64,000 bases of DNA. Source: Bacillota bacterium (lineage in GTDB: Bacteria > Bacillota > Dethiobacteria > DTU022). The stretch is from NCBI GenBank assembly GCA_034189085.1, contig JAXHVH010000001.1, positions 163,794 to 227,793 on the forward strand, read 5' to 3'. Of the stretch, positions 20,751 through 31,300 are shown in pieces (position 1 is the first letter of the stretch; each line of letters begins with the position of its first letter). A program made the translations under genes and the position numbers. The notes under the pieces are model-generated. The model was not told the origin of the DNA. It made no database searches and saw nothing but the letters and a program-made list of their open reading frames with translations.

Positions 20751-21650
20751 TCATCTCTCCTCTCCGATTATTCGTACTTCTGGCTGTAATTCAAGGTCAT
20801 ATTTCTCTTTTATCACCTTTTGCACTTTCTCCATGAGGGTCATGATATCGGCAGCAGTTGCTCCCCCGGTATTAACTATGAAGTTGGCATGTTTTCTAGA
20901 AACCTCGGCCCCGCCAACTTTCATTCCCTTCAAACCGGCCTGTTCAATTATTTCACCGGCCGGAACATCGGGAAAATTGCGAAAAACGCTGCCGGCGCTG
21001 GGTTGTTCCGGATGACGCCTGCGCCGTTCCGCTAAAAAATTTTCGATCAAGCGAAGCGATTCATGGTAACTGCCTTTTTTAAGAAGCAAATCTACTTCAA
21101 AAATAATCCCTCTCCCGGACAGGTTACTGCACCGGTAACCAAAGGATAGTTCTTCTTTTGCAAGCCCCACGGTAGCACCACTGTCAGAAACAAGGCGGAC
21201 CGCTTGAATCCTTTCTCCTATGTAATCTCCGAACGCACCGGCATTCATAATTACCGCTCCACCCAGTGTTCCCGGAATGCCTGCAGCAAATTCCACCCCG
21301 CGCCATCCCTTTTTCACAGTCTCCCTGGCCAGGGCAGTCATGGCCATTCCTGCCCCCGCGGTAATTCCATTTTCTCCCTGTTTGATGTAAGAAAAGGCTG
21401 CTCCAATATGAACGACCAGCCCCCTGATCCCTCCATCCAGGACAAGCAGATTTGTCCCATTGCCCATAACAAACAGAGGAAGCTCGAATTTCTTGCTTAA
21501 CATAATTACTTCAACAAGTTCATTGACCGAGTGAGGGGCAATGTAATAATCAGCAGGACCGCCAACCTTCCAGGAGGTATAAGAAGCCAGCGGTTCATTT
21601 ACTTTGACCGCCGAACCAAATTTATTTTTTAATTCCTCTTCTACCTTCAT
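20751..21650 (-). CDS. murB: UDP-N-acetylenolpyruvoylglucosamine reductase
   Basis: FAD-binding MurB pattern (MKVEEELKNKFGSAVKVNEPLASYTSWKVGGPADYY). Start at ATG 21650, overlapping the murG stop. Confidence 0.9.
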   Translation of the reverse strand: MKVEEELKNKFGSAVKVNEPLASYTSWKVGGPADYYIAPHSVNELVEVIMLSKKFELPLFVMGNGTNLLVLDGGIRGLVVHIGAAFSYIKQGENGITAGAGMAMTALARETVKKGWRGVEFAAGIPGTLGGAVIMNAGAFGDYIGERIQAVRLVSDSGATVGLAKEELSFGYRCSNLSGRGIIFEVDLLLKKGSYHESLRLIENFLAERRRRHPEQPSAGSVFRNFPDVPAGEIIEQAGLKGMKVGGAEVSRKHANFIVNTGGATAADIMTLMEKVQKVIKEKYDLELQPEVRIIGEER

Positions 21651-22738
21651 GAAGCGACCTCCCGCAGGCACTGATAAAGCTTCGCTGCAGCATCTGTTAA
21701 TCCTAATGCACGGCTTTTTCTTCTCATATCAACCAATATTTCAGGATGGTTAACCAGTATGTCAATTTCCTGTTTTAATTTTAAATAATCAAAATCCTTT
21801 TCTTCTATCAACACCGCCGCACCAGCATCAGCCAGTACCCTGGCATTGTAATACTGATGATTATTGACAACATTTGGTGATGGTATCAGAATCGCCGGCA
21901 GCCCGATGGCCGTAATTTCAGCCAGGGTAGTGGCTCCGCTGCGAGTAACTGCCAGATTGGCCGCAGCCAGCGCCGCCGGCATCTGCTCCAGGTAGGGAAA
22001 CAGTTTCACCCTTTCCGGCAGCGAACCAAGTTCGTTCTGTACTTCCTGGTGATAAATTTCACCGGTGACGTAGATCAGGTTTATTTCTTCAGGCAAAAAA
22101 CCAGCTTTAAGATACGCCGTAACCTCCTGGTTAAGTTTCAATGCTCCCCTGCTTCCACCATAAATAAGTACTATTTTTGCTGCCGGGTTTAAACCTAACT
22201 GCCGGCAGCCTTCTTCCCGGCTGATAAGGCCAACTTCACTGGCCCGTGGATTACCGGTCAAAATAATGCCGCTTGAGCGAGGCAACCTGCTCTCGGTTTC
22301 AGCATAAGAGATGCAGACCCTACTCACATAACGAGCCAACCTCCGGTTAGTTAAACCGGGCAGAGCATTCTGTTCATGAATAACGGTTGGATATTTTTTC
22401 ATCAGTGCCGCTATCACAAGTGGCGCTGCCACATACCCACCTGTACCCAGAACAACGTCCGGCCGGAACTGGTCAATAATTCGTCCCGATTCCTTCAAGC
22501 CCTTAAATAAATCTCCCATTACTGCTCCAATCCGTTTTAAACTACGCTGAAAACCGCGGGCATGGATGGTAACCAGTTTGAAGCCGGAAGAAGGAATGAT
22601 TTTATTTTCCAATCCGGTTTTGCTGCCTACAAATAATATTTCATTATCACTGTCAACTTCCCGCGCATAACGGGCCAGAGCCAGTGCCGGATAAATATGG
22701 CCTCCCGTTCCTCCTCCGCCAATCATGATTCTCATCAA
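21647..22738 (-). CDS. murG: UDP-GlcNAc:undecaprenyl-PP-MurNAc-pentapeptide GlcNAc transferase
   Basis: 363 aa; N-terminus IMIGGGGTGGHIYPALALA is the MurG signature. Confidence 0.9.
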   Translation of the reverse strand: MMRIMIGGGGTGGHIYPALALARYAREVDSDNEILFVGSKTGLENKIIPSSGFKLVTIHARGFQRSLKRIGAVMGDLFKGLKESGRIIDQFRPDVVLGTGGYVAAPLVIAALMKKYPTVIHEQNALPGLTNRRLARYVSRVCISYAETESRLPRSSGIILTGNPRASEVGLISREEGCRQLGLNPAAKIVLIYGGSRGALKLNQEVTAYLKAGFLPEEINLIYVTGEIYHQEVQNELGSLPERVKLFPYLEQMPAALAAANLAVTRSGATTLAEITAIGLPAILIPSPNVVNNHQYYNARVLADAGAAVLIEEKDFDYLKLKQEIDILVNHPEILVDMRRKSRALGLTDAAAKLYQCLREVAS

Positions 22739-23869
22739 TTAGCTCCTTTGCGTCCCCGGCAGTTCTCGAGTATATTTGGATATGTTGATCAATATTCCAA
22801 TACTGCACAAAACAAACAACACTGAACTCCCCCCGTAGCTAATCAGGGGCAGATTAATACCGGTAACAGGCAGCATTCCCGTTACAACCGCCACATTGAT
22901 TACAACCTGCAGGGCAAATGTAAAAATGATCCCTGCTGCCAGGAGACTGCCGAACAGGTCGGGTGCTTTGTAGGCAATTTGAAACCCTCGCCAGATAAGG
23001 ATCAGGTAAAGCAATAAAACAACAACCGCCCCGATAAAACCAAGTTCTTCTCCAATAACGGCAAAGATAAAATCGTTTTGCGGTTCTGGCAGGTAAAATA
23101 ATTTCTGCTTGCTGCGGCCCAGGCCGACTCCGAATATGTGCCCTGATCCCAGGGCATAAAAAGATTGGATAATCTGATAACCCGACTCTGAAGGGTCTGC
23201 CCATGGATCAATAAATGTGAACAATCTCTGCAGGCGGTAACCTTCCCTGACAGTCAGGTAAGCCAGCGGTGGCAAGGCCAGCAGGGACAGGCCAGCCATG
23301 CGGCTGACAGGCATCCCGGCGAAGATTACTACCATGGCTGCAGAAGTCAGGACAATTAGGGCCGTACTCATGTCGGGCTGAAACTGGATCATTAGAAAAG
23401 CAGCCCCCACAAGGGTCAGTGGGATTACAGTGGATACCCAAAAATTTCTCAAGTTCATACGTTTAGTGCTCATGTAAGCAGCAATGAAAATGACAAAGGC
23501 CAGCTTGCTGAATTCGGAAGGCTGCAGGACAACCGGCCCTATTGTTAACCATCGCCTGGCATCAGTCCCCAGTTCAGACCCGAAACCAGTGAAAATTAAA
23601 GCCAGCAGAATAAAATTGACCAGCAATATTAATAGGGACAGCTGCTTCAGCTTTCGATAATTAATCCGCGAAAACAAATACATCGCTACCAGACCAACTG
23701 CAGTCCACAGAGCCTGACGTTTCAGAAAATAGTAAGGATCACCAACCTTTTCATCAGCCACAACATAACTCGCGCTGAAAACCATCAACAACCCGATGGC
23801 CAACAACAGTACAGTAACAAGAATTAGTATGCGGTCAGGTTCATGTTTGTTTTCCCGGTTACCGTCCAT
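22739..23869 (-). CDS. ftsW: Peptidoglycan glycosyltransferase FtsW (SEDS family)
   Basis: 376 aa polytopic SEDS protein in the conserved murD-ftsW-murG slot. Confidence 0.9.
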   Translation of the reverse strand: MDGNRENKHEPDRILILVTVLLLAIGLLMVFSASYVVADEKVGDPYYFLKRQALWTAVGLVAMYLFSRINYRKLKQLSLLILLVNFILLALIFTGFGSELGTDARRWLTIGPVVLQPSEFSKLAFVIFIAAYMSTKRMNLRNFWVSTVIPLTLVGAAFLMIQFQPDMSTALIVLTSAAMVVIFAGMPVSRMAGLSLLALPPLAYLTVREGYRLQRLFTFIDPWADPSESGYQIIQSFYALGSGHIFGVGLGRSKQKLFYLPEPQNDFIFAVIGEELGFIGAVVVLLLYLILIWRGFQIAYKAPDLFGSLLAAGIIFTFALQVVINVAVVTGMLPVTGINLPLISYGGSSVLFVLCSIGILINISKYTRELPGTQRS

Positions 23870-25271
23870 TCATATCTCTCCTCTCCCCGCATTCCCGCTG
23901 GAGATTTAAGACTATTTTTTTAAAAAGGTTACCCCGTTCCTCATAATCTTTAAACATGTCCCAGCTGGCACAGGCCGGCGAAAGCAATACAATTTCTCCA
24001 CTGCGGGCTTCACGAGCAGCTTGATGTACGGCTTCCTGTAGATCAGGTACAGCCACAACCGATTGAAATCCTACCTTGTTTAACGAGTCAGTAATCTTCT
24101 CGCGTGTTTCTCCCAGCAACAGGAGCAGTCTGGCCCTTTCGCGCACCGTCTCTGCCAGGGAAGAAAAATCGCTTCCCTTATCTTTACCTCCGGCAATTAA
24201 AATTATTCCCCGGCCCGGGAAAGAGTTTAGGGCTCTGATCGTCGCATCAGGATTGGTTCCTTTGGAATCATTGATGTAGTCAACACCGCCAAGATTAGTT
24301 ACGTATTCCAGGCGGTGTTCAATGGCACGGAAAGAACGAAGGGTTCGGCCAATGGATTGTGGGTCCGCTCCGGCCGCCCATGCTGCCGCAGCGGACGCCA
24401 GGGCATTTTCGAGATTATGTTCCCCTGGTATGATCACTTCATCGCGCAGGCAGAGTTTCAAAGGTTTACAACCAGGCTTGTAAAGGGTTATCCATTTGTC
24501 CTCGAGCCCGGCACCAAAATCAACTGGCCTGCGAGCAAACCAGAGTATTTGTCCCCTGCATCTTTCAGCCAGCGATGCCACCATACCATCACCGGCATTA
24601 AGAACGGCAAAATCACCCTGTTTTTGATTTTCAAAGATCCGCGCTTTGGCCTCAAAATATTTCTCTACAGTACCATGGTAATCCAAATGATCTTCCGTAA
24701 AATTGAGAAACACAGCAACCATCGATCTCAACTGCCTGATATTTTCAAGCTGGAAACTGCTCAGTTCGGCAACAATCATCCCCTGGGCACTGAAACCGTT
24801 CACGGCGTCGGCCAGAGGATGGCCTATATTCCCGGCCGTGATAACCGGAGCAAAAGATGCTTCTTTAAGCATAGCTCCGATTAAAGCAGTAGTTGTTGTT
24901 TTTCCATTTGTCCCTGTTACCCCGATTATAGGAGCTTTTGAAAAATTATAAGCCAGTTCAACTTCCGAAAAAACCGGTACTCCCAATTCATTCGCTTTTT
25001 TAAAAAGCTCCAGTGAAGAAGGCACCCCCGGGCTCTTAATGATCATGGAAAGCTCTTCCCTGACCAGATCCGGCGGGTTACCTCCTGGCATAATATAGAC
25101 ATTGGGATATTTACTTAATTCATTAGTCTCATTCCGGAGTTGAGCGGCACTTTTCAGATCCGTTACTGTAATTTTAGCCGCACCGGCCCTGGCAAGGAGT
25201 TTTGCAGCTGCTACACCGCTGCGAGCCATGCCCACGACCAGAACGTCTTTCCCTTTGATTAAATCAATCAA
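23859..25271 (-). CDS. murD: UDP-N-acetylmuramoylalanine--D-glutamate ligase
   Basis: 470 aa; N-terminal Rossmann fold (KDVLVVGMARSG) and Mur ligase P-loop GVTGTNGKTTTT. Confidence 0.9.
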   Translation of the reverse strand: MIDLIKGKDVLVVGMARSGVAAAKLLARAGAAKITVTDLKSAAQLRNETNELSKYPNVYIMPGGNPPDLVREELSMIIKSPGVPSSLELFKKANELGVPVFSEVELAYNFSKAPIIGVTGTNGKTTTTALIGAMLKEASFAPVITAGNIGHPLADAVNGFSAQGMIVAELSSFQLENIRQLRSMVAVFLNFTEDHLDYHGTVEKYFEAKARIFENQKQGDFAVLNAGDGMVASLAERCRGQILWFARRPVDFGAGLEDKWITLYKPGCKPLKLCLRDEVIIPGEHNLENALASAAAAWAAGADPQSIGRTLRSFRAIEHRLEYVTNLGGVDYINDSKGTNPDATIRALNSFPGRGIILIAGGKDKGSDFSSLAETVRERARLLLLLGETREKITDSLNKVGFQSVVAVPDLQEAVHQAAREARSGEIVLLSPACASWDMFKDYEERGNLFKKIVLNLQRECGERRDMNGR

Positions 25272-25302
25272 GAATACAGCATCCTCCGCTCAAAAGTTGT
25301 TT

Positions 25303-26274
25303 TCAGGCTAACCGGTAGTTGAATATCAACAAACCACCCAGGGCCAGCAGAACAGCTACCCCCCAGAAAACAATTACAACCCTCCACTCGGACCAGCCTT
25401 TTAACTCATAATGGTGGTGCAGGGGAGCCATCCTCAAAATCCGGTGGCCTGTAAGCCGAAAACTGAGAACCTGGACCATGACAGCCAGAGTTTCAATGAC
25501 AAAAACACCACCGATTATTGCCAGAAGAAGTTCTGTTTTGGTGAGGACCGCCAGTGCTGCAAATGCTCCTCCCAGGGCCAATGATCCCGTGTCACCCATG
25601 AACACTCGGGCAGGATAACGGTTATAGATAAGAAACCCGGACAGGGCACCGATCAGGGCTGCTGCGAATAAGACCAGTGAACCCGCTCCTATTAAAAATG
25701 CTATACAGGCATAAGCTGCCAGGGCAATTATTGATGTGCCGGCCGCAAGGCCGTCAATACCGTCGGTCAAATTTACGGCATTGGTAGAAGCCATAATTAA
25801 AAAGATCACCAGAAGGGGATAGAATAATCCGAAATCAACCTCAATATTAAATATGGGTACCCATATTTCAGAAGAATAGTGGCCTATAATTACCAGAATA
25901 GCAACAAAAACGAGGGCTACAGCTATTTCGCCGGCAAGTTTTGACCGGGCTTTTAATCCTAACGATTGTTTGCTAACCACTTTCAGATAATCATCGATGA
26001 AACCAATCAAACCGCAGCCAAAAAGAAGAAACAGCGCTCCCAGCATCATGGGAAAAAATCCTCCAGCTGTTAAACATACAATAATTGTTACAGCTATAAA
26101 TATAGCTCCGCCCATGGTTGGTGTCCCGGCTTTGGCGGCATGATTGGCTGGCCCGTCTTCCCTGATCTGCTGGCCATACTGCAGCAGGCGTAAGCGTCTG
26201 ATGAAAAAAGGGAAAGCAAGGGCTGAGATCAGCAACGCTGCAGGTAAAGCAACTATAATTCCTTCCCTCATCAT
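25303..26274 (-). CDS. mraY: Phospho-N-acetylmuramoyl-pentapeptide transferase
   Basis: 323 aa polytopic protein with the MraY family pattern (NAVNLTDGIDGLAAG). Confidence 0.95.
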   Translation of the reverse strand: MMREGIIVALPAALLISALAFPFFIRRLRLLQYGQQIREDGPANHAAKAGTPTMGGAIFIAVTIIVCLTAGGFFPMMLGALFLLFGCGLIGFIDDYLKVVSKQSLGLKARSKLAGEIAVALVFVAILVIIGHYSSEIWVPIFNIEVDFGLFYPLLVIFLIMASTNAVNLTDGIDGLAAGTSIIALAAYACIAFLIGAGSLVLFAAALIGALSGFLIYNRYPARVFMGDTGSLALGGAFAALAVLTKTELLLAIIGGVFVIETLAVMVQVLSFRLTGHRILRMAPLHHHYELKGWSEWRVVIVFWGVAVLLALGGLLIFNYRLA

Positions 26275-26288
26275 CAGGTCGCCCCTTT

Positions 26289-27662
26289 TTAATCTAGCAG
26301 TGCCCGGACAATTTTTTCCATCTCCATACCCCTTGAGCCTTTGACAAGCACTGACCGTCCCTTATCTGAAATTAAACCGGTTAATATCTCAATCGCCTGT
26401 TCATGGTTGTCACAACTATAAACGGTAGTTTTACCCGTTCTGGATGCTTCAATTGCAGCTAAAGAAGCCATGGGGCCTACAGTTACCAGTGTCCCCACCC
26501 CTATCTGCGAAGCATAACGTCCCACTGCACGATGAGCTTCTTCTGTAAAAGGGCCAAGCTCCAGCATGTCGCCGAGAACTGCTACGGTTTTCTCTCCGCC
26601 CAAATCCATTAGGACATTGAGCGCCGCCTTAACCGAATCAGGGTTGGCATTGTAGGTATCGTCAATTATTCTAGTCCCTGCACTGTTATATAAAACCTGG
26701 AGCCGGCCTCCCGTGATGCGGCTTGAGCAAAGGCCTTTAATCATTTCTGCCGGATCAATCTCCAGGATATAACCGACGGTAAGAGCCGCCAGGGCATTTC
26801 CAGCCGACTCCCGTCCCGGTAAGGGCGATTCAAACCACCCTTCAGATCTATTAGGAAAACGCACCCGGAAAAAGCTTTTTTCTCCCCGTTGAGACAACTT
26901 TAAGCCTTTTATATCGCCCTGGTTAAAGCCATAGTACAACACTTTTCCCGGGAAGCGTTCTCCAAGCTTGAGGAGGCGGGGATCATCACCGTTCAAAACG
27001 GCTACCCCGCCTGAGCCGAGGTAATCTAAGAGTTCTCCTTTCGCCCGTGCAATAGCTTCGACCGATCCAAGCATTTCAATGTGCGCCTCACCGATATTGG
27101 TTATGACGCCTATTGACGGCCTGGCTATGTCACAGAGTGTGTTAATTTCACCCGGAGCGCTCATGCCCATTTCAAGCACGGCAACCTGGTGATCTGCATT
27201 TAATTCCAGTATAGTGAGGGGTAGCCCAATTTCATTGTTCAGGTTCCCCGTTGTTTTCAAAACTTTGTATTTTGCCGAGAGCACCCCGGCAGTAAAATCT
27301 TTAGTTGTCGTTTTCCCGCTGCTGCCGGTTATGCCAACCACAGGAAGTTCAAAACGCTGCCGGTGATAAGCGGCAACCCGTTGCATGGCAACCAGCGGAT
27401 CTTCTATTTCAACCAGCAGAAAATCCGGAGGAATCGACGGATCCGGCTCTCGGCCGCTTACGATAAATGCCCCTGCCCCTTCCCGCTTTGCTGCATCGGC
27501 GATATAATGATGTCCCTCTGTATTCTCACCGCTGAAGGGGATAAAGAAATTTCCAGGCTTGGCCTTTCTTGAATCAATGACAAAGCCGGTTATTTGCTGT
27601 TCAGGATTGCCCTGCAGCAACCTCCCCCGGGAAGCGGTAAGTATTTCTTTTCCCGTAATCAT
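26289..27662 (-). CDS. murF: UDP-N-acetylmuramoyl-tripeptide--D-alanyl-D-alanine ligase
   Basis: GITGSSGKTTTKDF P-loop is MurF-type, not MurE. From ATG 27662 (MITGKEILTASRG...) it aligns with MurF N-termini, and the gap to the PBP stop is 70 nt. The track's TTG at 27755 would overlap the PBP gene. Confidence 0.85.
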   Translation of the reverse strand: MITGKEILTASRGRLLQGNPEQQITGFVIDSRKAKPGNFFIPFSGENTEGHHYIADAAKREGAGAFIVSGREPDPSIPPDFLLVEIEDPLVAMQRVAAYHRQRFELPVVGITGSSGKTTTKDFTAGVLSAKYKVLKTTGNLNNEIGLPLTILELNADHQVAVLEMGMSAPGEINTLCDIARPSIGVITNIGEAHIEMLGSVEAIARAKGELLDYLGSGGVAVLNGDDPRLLKLGERFPGKVLYYGFNQGDIKGLKLSQRGEKSFFRVRFPNRSEGWFESPLPGRESAGNALAALTVGYILEIDPAEMIKGLCSSRITGGRLQVLYNSAGTRIIDDTYNANPDSVKAALNVLMDLGGEKTVAVLGDMLELGPFTEEAHRAVGRYASQIGVGTLVTVGPMASLAAIEASRTGKTTVYSCDNHEQAIEILTGLISDKGRSVLVKGSRGMEMEKIVRALLD

Positions 27663-27732
27663 GCTCACGATAACCTGCTTTCCCTGCTTGACTGTTATTC
27701 TGAAATACCCTGATTCACATGTTTCACACAGA

Positions 27733-29475
27733 TCAGTTTTCATCTGCTTCTTCAACCTCCGGTTCGGAAGGTGGAACCTGCAGGTAGTTCATCACATCTT
27801 CAATAATTCTGCTGAAGAGGGGAGCACTGGTATAAGAACCATACCTGGGCCCTTTTGTTACCCCATCGACAGCTACATAAACAACAATCTGGGGGTCCTC
27901 TACCGGCGCAACCCCGACAAAGGAATAAACAAATTGATCACTCAAATAGTTGTTATCAGGACCCACTTTTTCCGCCGTTCCGGTTTTGCCCGCCACCCGG
28001 TACCCTTCCACAGCAGCAGTATTACCGGTACCTTCAAGGATCACACTTTCCATTAGTTCAACCAATCTGGCAGATGTTTTCGTTGATATAACCTGGCGGA
28101 TCAGTTCTGGTTCCCGTTGAAAAATCACATTGCCTTCGCTGTCATGAATCTCTTCAACCAGGTACGGTTTGTAAAGGTAACCCCCGTTGGCCATTGCCGC
28201 AACAGCCATTGCCTGCTGAATTGGAGTTACAGCTATACCCTGCCCGAACGAAGTTGTAGCCAGTTCAAGGGGGCCAAAAGTTTCCGGACTGAAAATAAGG
28301 CCTGCACTTTCGCCGGGATAATCAATGCCGGTCAGCTGGCCATAACCAAAAGCTTCGATGTAAGCCAGTAATTTTTCAGCCCCTACCCGGTTTCCCATCT
28401 CAATAAAGGCCGGGTTACAGGAAGCGCCGAGCGCTTTGTGAAAGGTGATGTCTCCATGTCCTCCCCGATCGGCAGTCCAACAGTTTATTCGACGGCCGTT
28501 TATTGTAACGTGCCCGGAGCAATAGAAATGCTCTTCAGGATCATAAATTCCTTCTTCTACAGCAGCCGCCAGAGTAACCATTTTAAAAGTCGATCCCGGT
28601 TCGAAAGCGGCAGTAAAAGGCGCCAGAGACCAGCTTTCCGGATCGTAATCATCATACAGGTCAGGATTGTAATCCGGCCTTGATGCTGCAGCGAGGACCG
28701 CTCCACTGTGTGGATCAACAGCTACCGCAAGGGCTAGGGCGGGGGCAGAATCTGCTACAACTTGATCGAGATGCTTTTCAACAATATGCTGGATAGATTC
28801 ATCAACAGTCAGGTACAGGTCATACCCCTGCTGCGGGGGAAGGGATTGCTTAAATTCATGAGGCACCTGCCGACCACGGCTATCGGCAGGATAAAGAAGC
28901 TTCCCTTCGTAACCGCTGAGGTATTCTTCATAATAAATTTCCAGGCCGGCCCATCCTTGATCCATACCAACAAATCCAAGGAGCTGGGAAGCAAGATTGC
29001 CACCGGGGTAATATCTTTTTTCTTCATCGAAAAACACAATTCCAGGTATACCCATCTGCTGCACCACCTCGCTTATCTGGGGGTCGACCTTTCTCTTGAG
29101 ATAAATGGCACTTCGATCGGCAGTAATAAGTTCTAAGATCTCTTCTTTCTCTATCTCCAATACGGGCGATAGTGCTGCGGCTACATCTCCCGGGTTTTCA
29201 ATCTGCGGAGGTAGAGCTGCTACAGTCTGGGCTGTAGTGCTGCCTGCCAGCAATCTTTCGTGACGGTCAAAAATAGAGCCGCGAGCAGTCTGAACTGGGA
29301 CATGGTGATTCCATTGTTCCCATGCTTCTTCATACAATTCATCGGCACAGACTATCTGTATCCAGGCCAATCTGCCAATTAGCCCTAGAATTATCAGCAC
29401 TGTGAGACAAAACACGATAAGCAACCTCTTTCTAACTTTAGCCCGGCTGACAGCAAAGTCTGGCAAGAGACTCAC
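27733..29475 (-). CDS. ftsI: Class B penicillin-binding protein (FtsI-type transpeptidase, no PASTA domains)
   Basis: 580 aa with an N-terminal TM anchor, a PBP dimerisation region and a transpeptidase domain (STFK, SCN, KTGTA motifs). Too short to carry SpoVD-like PASTA repeats. Confidence 0.9.
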   Translation of the reverse strand: MSLLPDFAVSRAKVRKRLLIVFCLTVLIILGLIGRLAWIQIVCADELYEEAWEQWNHHVPVQTARGSIFDRHERLLAGSTTAQTVAALPPQIENPGDVAAALSPVLEIEKEEILELITADRSAIYLKRKVDPQISEVVQQMGIPGIVFFDEEKRYYPGGNLASQLLGFVGMDQGWAGLEIYYEEYLSGYEGKLLYPADSRGRQVPHEFKQSLPPQQGYDLYLTVDESIQHIVEKHLDQVVADSAPALALAVAVDPHSGAVLAAASRPDYNPDLYDDYDPESWSLAPFTAAFEPGSTFKMVTLAAAVEEGIYDPEEHFYCSGHVTINGRRINCWTADRGGHGDITFHKALGASCNPAFIEMGNRVGAEKLLAYIEAFGYGQLTGIDYPGESAGLIFSPETFGPLELATTSFGQGIAVTPIQQAMAVAAMANGGYLYKPYLVEEIHDSEGNVIFQREPELIRQVISTKTSARLVELMESVILEGTGNTAAVEGYRVAGKTGTAEKVGPDNNYLSDQFVYSFVGVAPVEDPQIVVYVAVDGVTKGPRYGSYTSAPLFSRIIEDVMNYLQVPPSEPEVEEADEN

Positions 29476-29870
29476 TCTCCCATTCTGGCGAGTTCTCCAC
29501 TATTGACAGCTATAATATTGATTTGATCGACTGCAGGCTCGATCATTCCCAGTTCTTCTCTGGCAATTGCTTCAATACGCCCAACAGAGCCGAGCTGAGC
29601 TGCCTCCAGTTCAAGATCCCTGATATCTTCTTTTATTGTTCCCAGCTCATCACGAGCACCGCTCAACCGGTAATTCATGATCACTACTGATGAATACTGG
29701 GCAATAACAACCAGGCAAAGTAAGAAACAGGTCGTTACAACAAAGAGCAGCTTGACTTTTTTCAGCCCTTTACCTTGAACCGGCCTTCTTACAGGTTCTC
29801 TTGTCGGCTGTTTCGGCAGGGCGATCCTTCCCGCTGTAGCTACCTGTCTCACCTGCTGCATGCTACTCAC
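29472..29870 (-). CDS. ftsL: Cell division protein FtsL
   Basis: 132 aa bitopic protein with one TM helix and a coiled-coil ectodomain; located between rsmH and the PBP gene. Confidence 0.75.
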   Translation of the reverse strand: MSSMQQVRQVATAGRIALPKQPTREPVRRPVQGKGLKKVKLLFVVTTCFLLCLVVIAQYSSVVIMNYRLSGARDELGTIKEDIRDLELEAAQLGSVGRIEAIAREELGMIEPAVDQINIIAVNSGELARMGE

Positions 29871-30834
29871 CCTCTTTCTTTTCTACCGCTGTAGTCCTCT
29901 CGGCTGCTCTCAACCGGGCGCTTCGTGCCCGGGGATTGTTTTCGATTTCCTTTTCCGACGGTTTAACTGCCTTTCTGGTTAAAATCTTCAATTCAGCTTC
30001 TTTCCCACAGATACAGGGACCCGGGGGAGGACAGGTACATCTTTCAGCTCTTTCTCGAAAAAATCTTTTAATCAGGCGATCTTCCAGCGAATGATAGGCA
30101 ATTACAACAATCCTGCCACCTGGAAGAAGACTTTCTACAACCTGCGGAAGAACCGCCTTGATGTTCTCCAACTCACTGTTGACAGCCAGCCTTAGTGCTT
30201 GAAACACCTTGCGGGCTGGATGACCTCCATGCCGGCGGTAGCGGGCGGGAACAGCCTCTTTAACTACCTCAGCCAGGTGCCGGCTGCCTGAAATATCACC
30301 TTTTAGCTGCCGTTCCCGCGTTATTGCCGTCGCTATCCGCCTCGACCAGCGCTCTTCTCCAAAACGGAAGAAAATATCGGCCAGCTCATCCCGGCTGTAT
30401 TCATTTATTATTTTTTTCGCCGTCAAAGATTGGCGGCGATCCATTCTCATGTCCAGTTCACCTTCCTGGTGGAAGGAAAAACCCCGCGCTGAATTCATCA
30501 ACTGCAGTGTCGAAGCCCCCAGATCTATTAAAATACCATTAACCCGGGTAAAACTTGTCTCTTTCAATACATCCAGCAACTGAATATAATCGGCATGAAC
30601 CAGGATAATACGGTCGGAGTAACGGGAAAGCCTCTCCCTGGCCCGGTCAAGAGCTTCTTCGTCCCAATCAATCCCAATGAGGCAGCCTTCAGGCGAAAGT
30701 CGGCGGCAAATCGCTTCGGCATGACCGCCGTCTCCAACTGTTGCATCAACATAAGCTCCATCTTCCCGGCAATCGAGATAATAAAGCACTTCTTCTTCCA
30801 TAACAGGCAGATGCAATTCAACCATATAAACCAC
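29863..30834 (-). CDS. rsmH: 16S rRNA (cytosine1402-N4)-methyltransferase RsmH (MraW)
   Basis: 323 aa SAM-dependent methyltransferase (YVDATVGDGGH); conserved mraZ-rsmH pair. Confidence 0.9.
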   Translation of the reverse strand: MVYMVELHLPVMEEEVLYYLDCREDGAYVDATVGDGGHAEAICRRLSPEGCLIGIDWDEEALDRARERLSRYSDRIILVHADYIQLLDVLKETSFTRVNGILIDLGASTLQLMNSARGFSFHQEGELDMRMDRRQSLTAKKIINEYSRDELADIFFRFGEERWSRRIATAITRERQLKGDISGSRHLAEVVKEAVPARYRRHGGHPARKVFQALRLAVNSELENIKAVLPQVVESLLPGGRIVVIAYHSLEDRLIKRFFRERAERCTCPPPGPCICGKEAELKILTRKAVKPSEKEIENNPRARSARLRAAERTTAVEKKEGE

Positions 30835-30840
30835 CGTTTT

Positions 30841-31272
30841 TTAAAGATCAAAATCAACCAGCTTTTCAGCCAGTTCTTCATAATTGTTGTTGGCTTCTCC
30901 AAAATAATCTCGCCAGGCTTGTTCGCTCCAAATCTCTACCCTGTTTGATACACCGATAACCATAACTTCCTTTTCTATACCGGCATATTCACGCAGGTTC
31001 TGTGGAATGAGCACCCGGCCCTGTTTGTCGGCTTCCACTTCCATCGCTCCTGAAAAGAAAAGGCGCATGAAAGCTCTTGAATCACTTTTGGTAAAGGGAA
31101 GTTGTTTTAACTTCTGTTCCAGACGAGTCCACTCAGCCGCCGGATAGACGAAGAGACAGTGATCCAAACCGCGCGTAATAACAAAACGGTCTCCAAGACC
31201 ATCCCTCAGGCGTGAAGGGATTATGACCCTCCCCTTGCCGTCAAGGCTATGCTGAAATTCGCCTGTGAACAT
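30841..31272 (-). CDS. mraZ: Transcriptional regulator MraZ
   Basis: MFTGEFQHSLDGKGRVIIPSRLR is the MraZ N-terminus. ATG 31272 checked, with GGAG upstream. Confidence 0.9.
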   Translation of the reverse strand: MFTGEFQHSLDGKGRVIIPSRLRDGLGDRFVITRGLDHCLFVYPAAEWTRLEQKLKQLPFTKSDSRAFMRLFFSGAMEVEADKQGRVLIPQNLREYAGIEKEVMVIGVSNRVEIWSEQAWRDYFGEANNNYEELAEKLVDFDL

Positions 31273-31300
31273 GTGTTCGCCTCCATTTTGGGAGTTTACA

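Noticed and set aside
27663-27755. Upstream extension of murF (MKKQMKTDLCETCESGYFRITVKQGKQVIVS) starting at TTG 27755
   Set aside because: MurF homology begins exactly at the internal ATG 27662. The extension would overlap the 3' end of the PBP gene and is not conserved in MurF N-termini.
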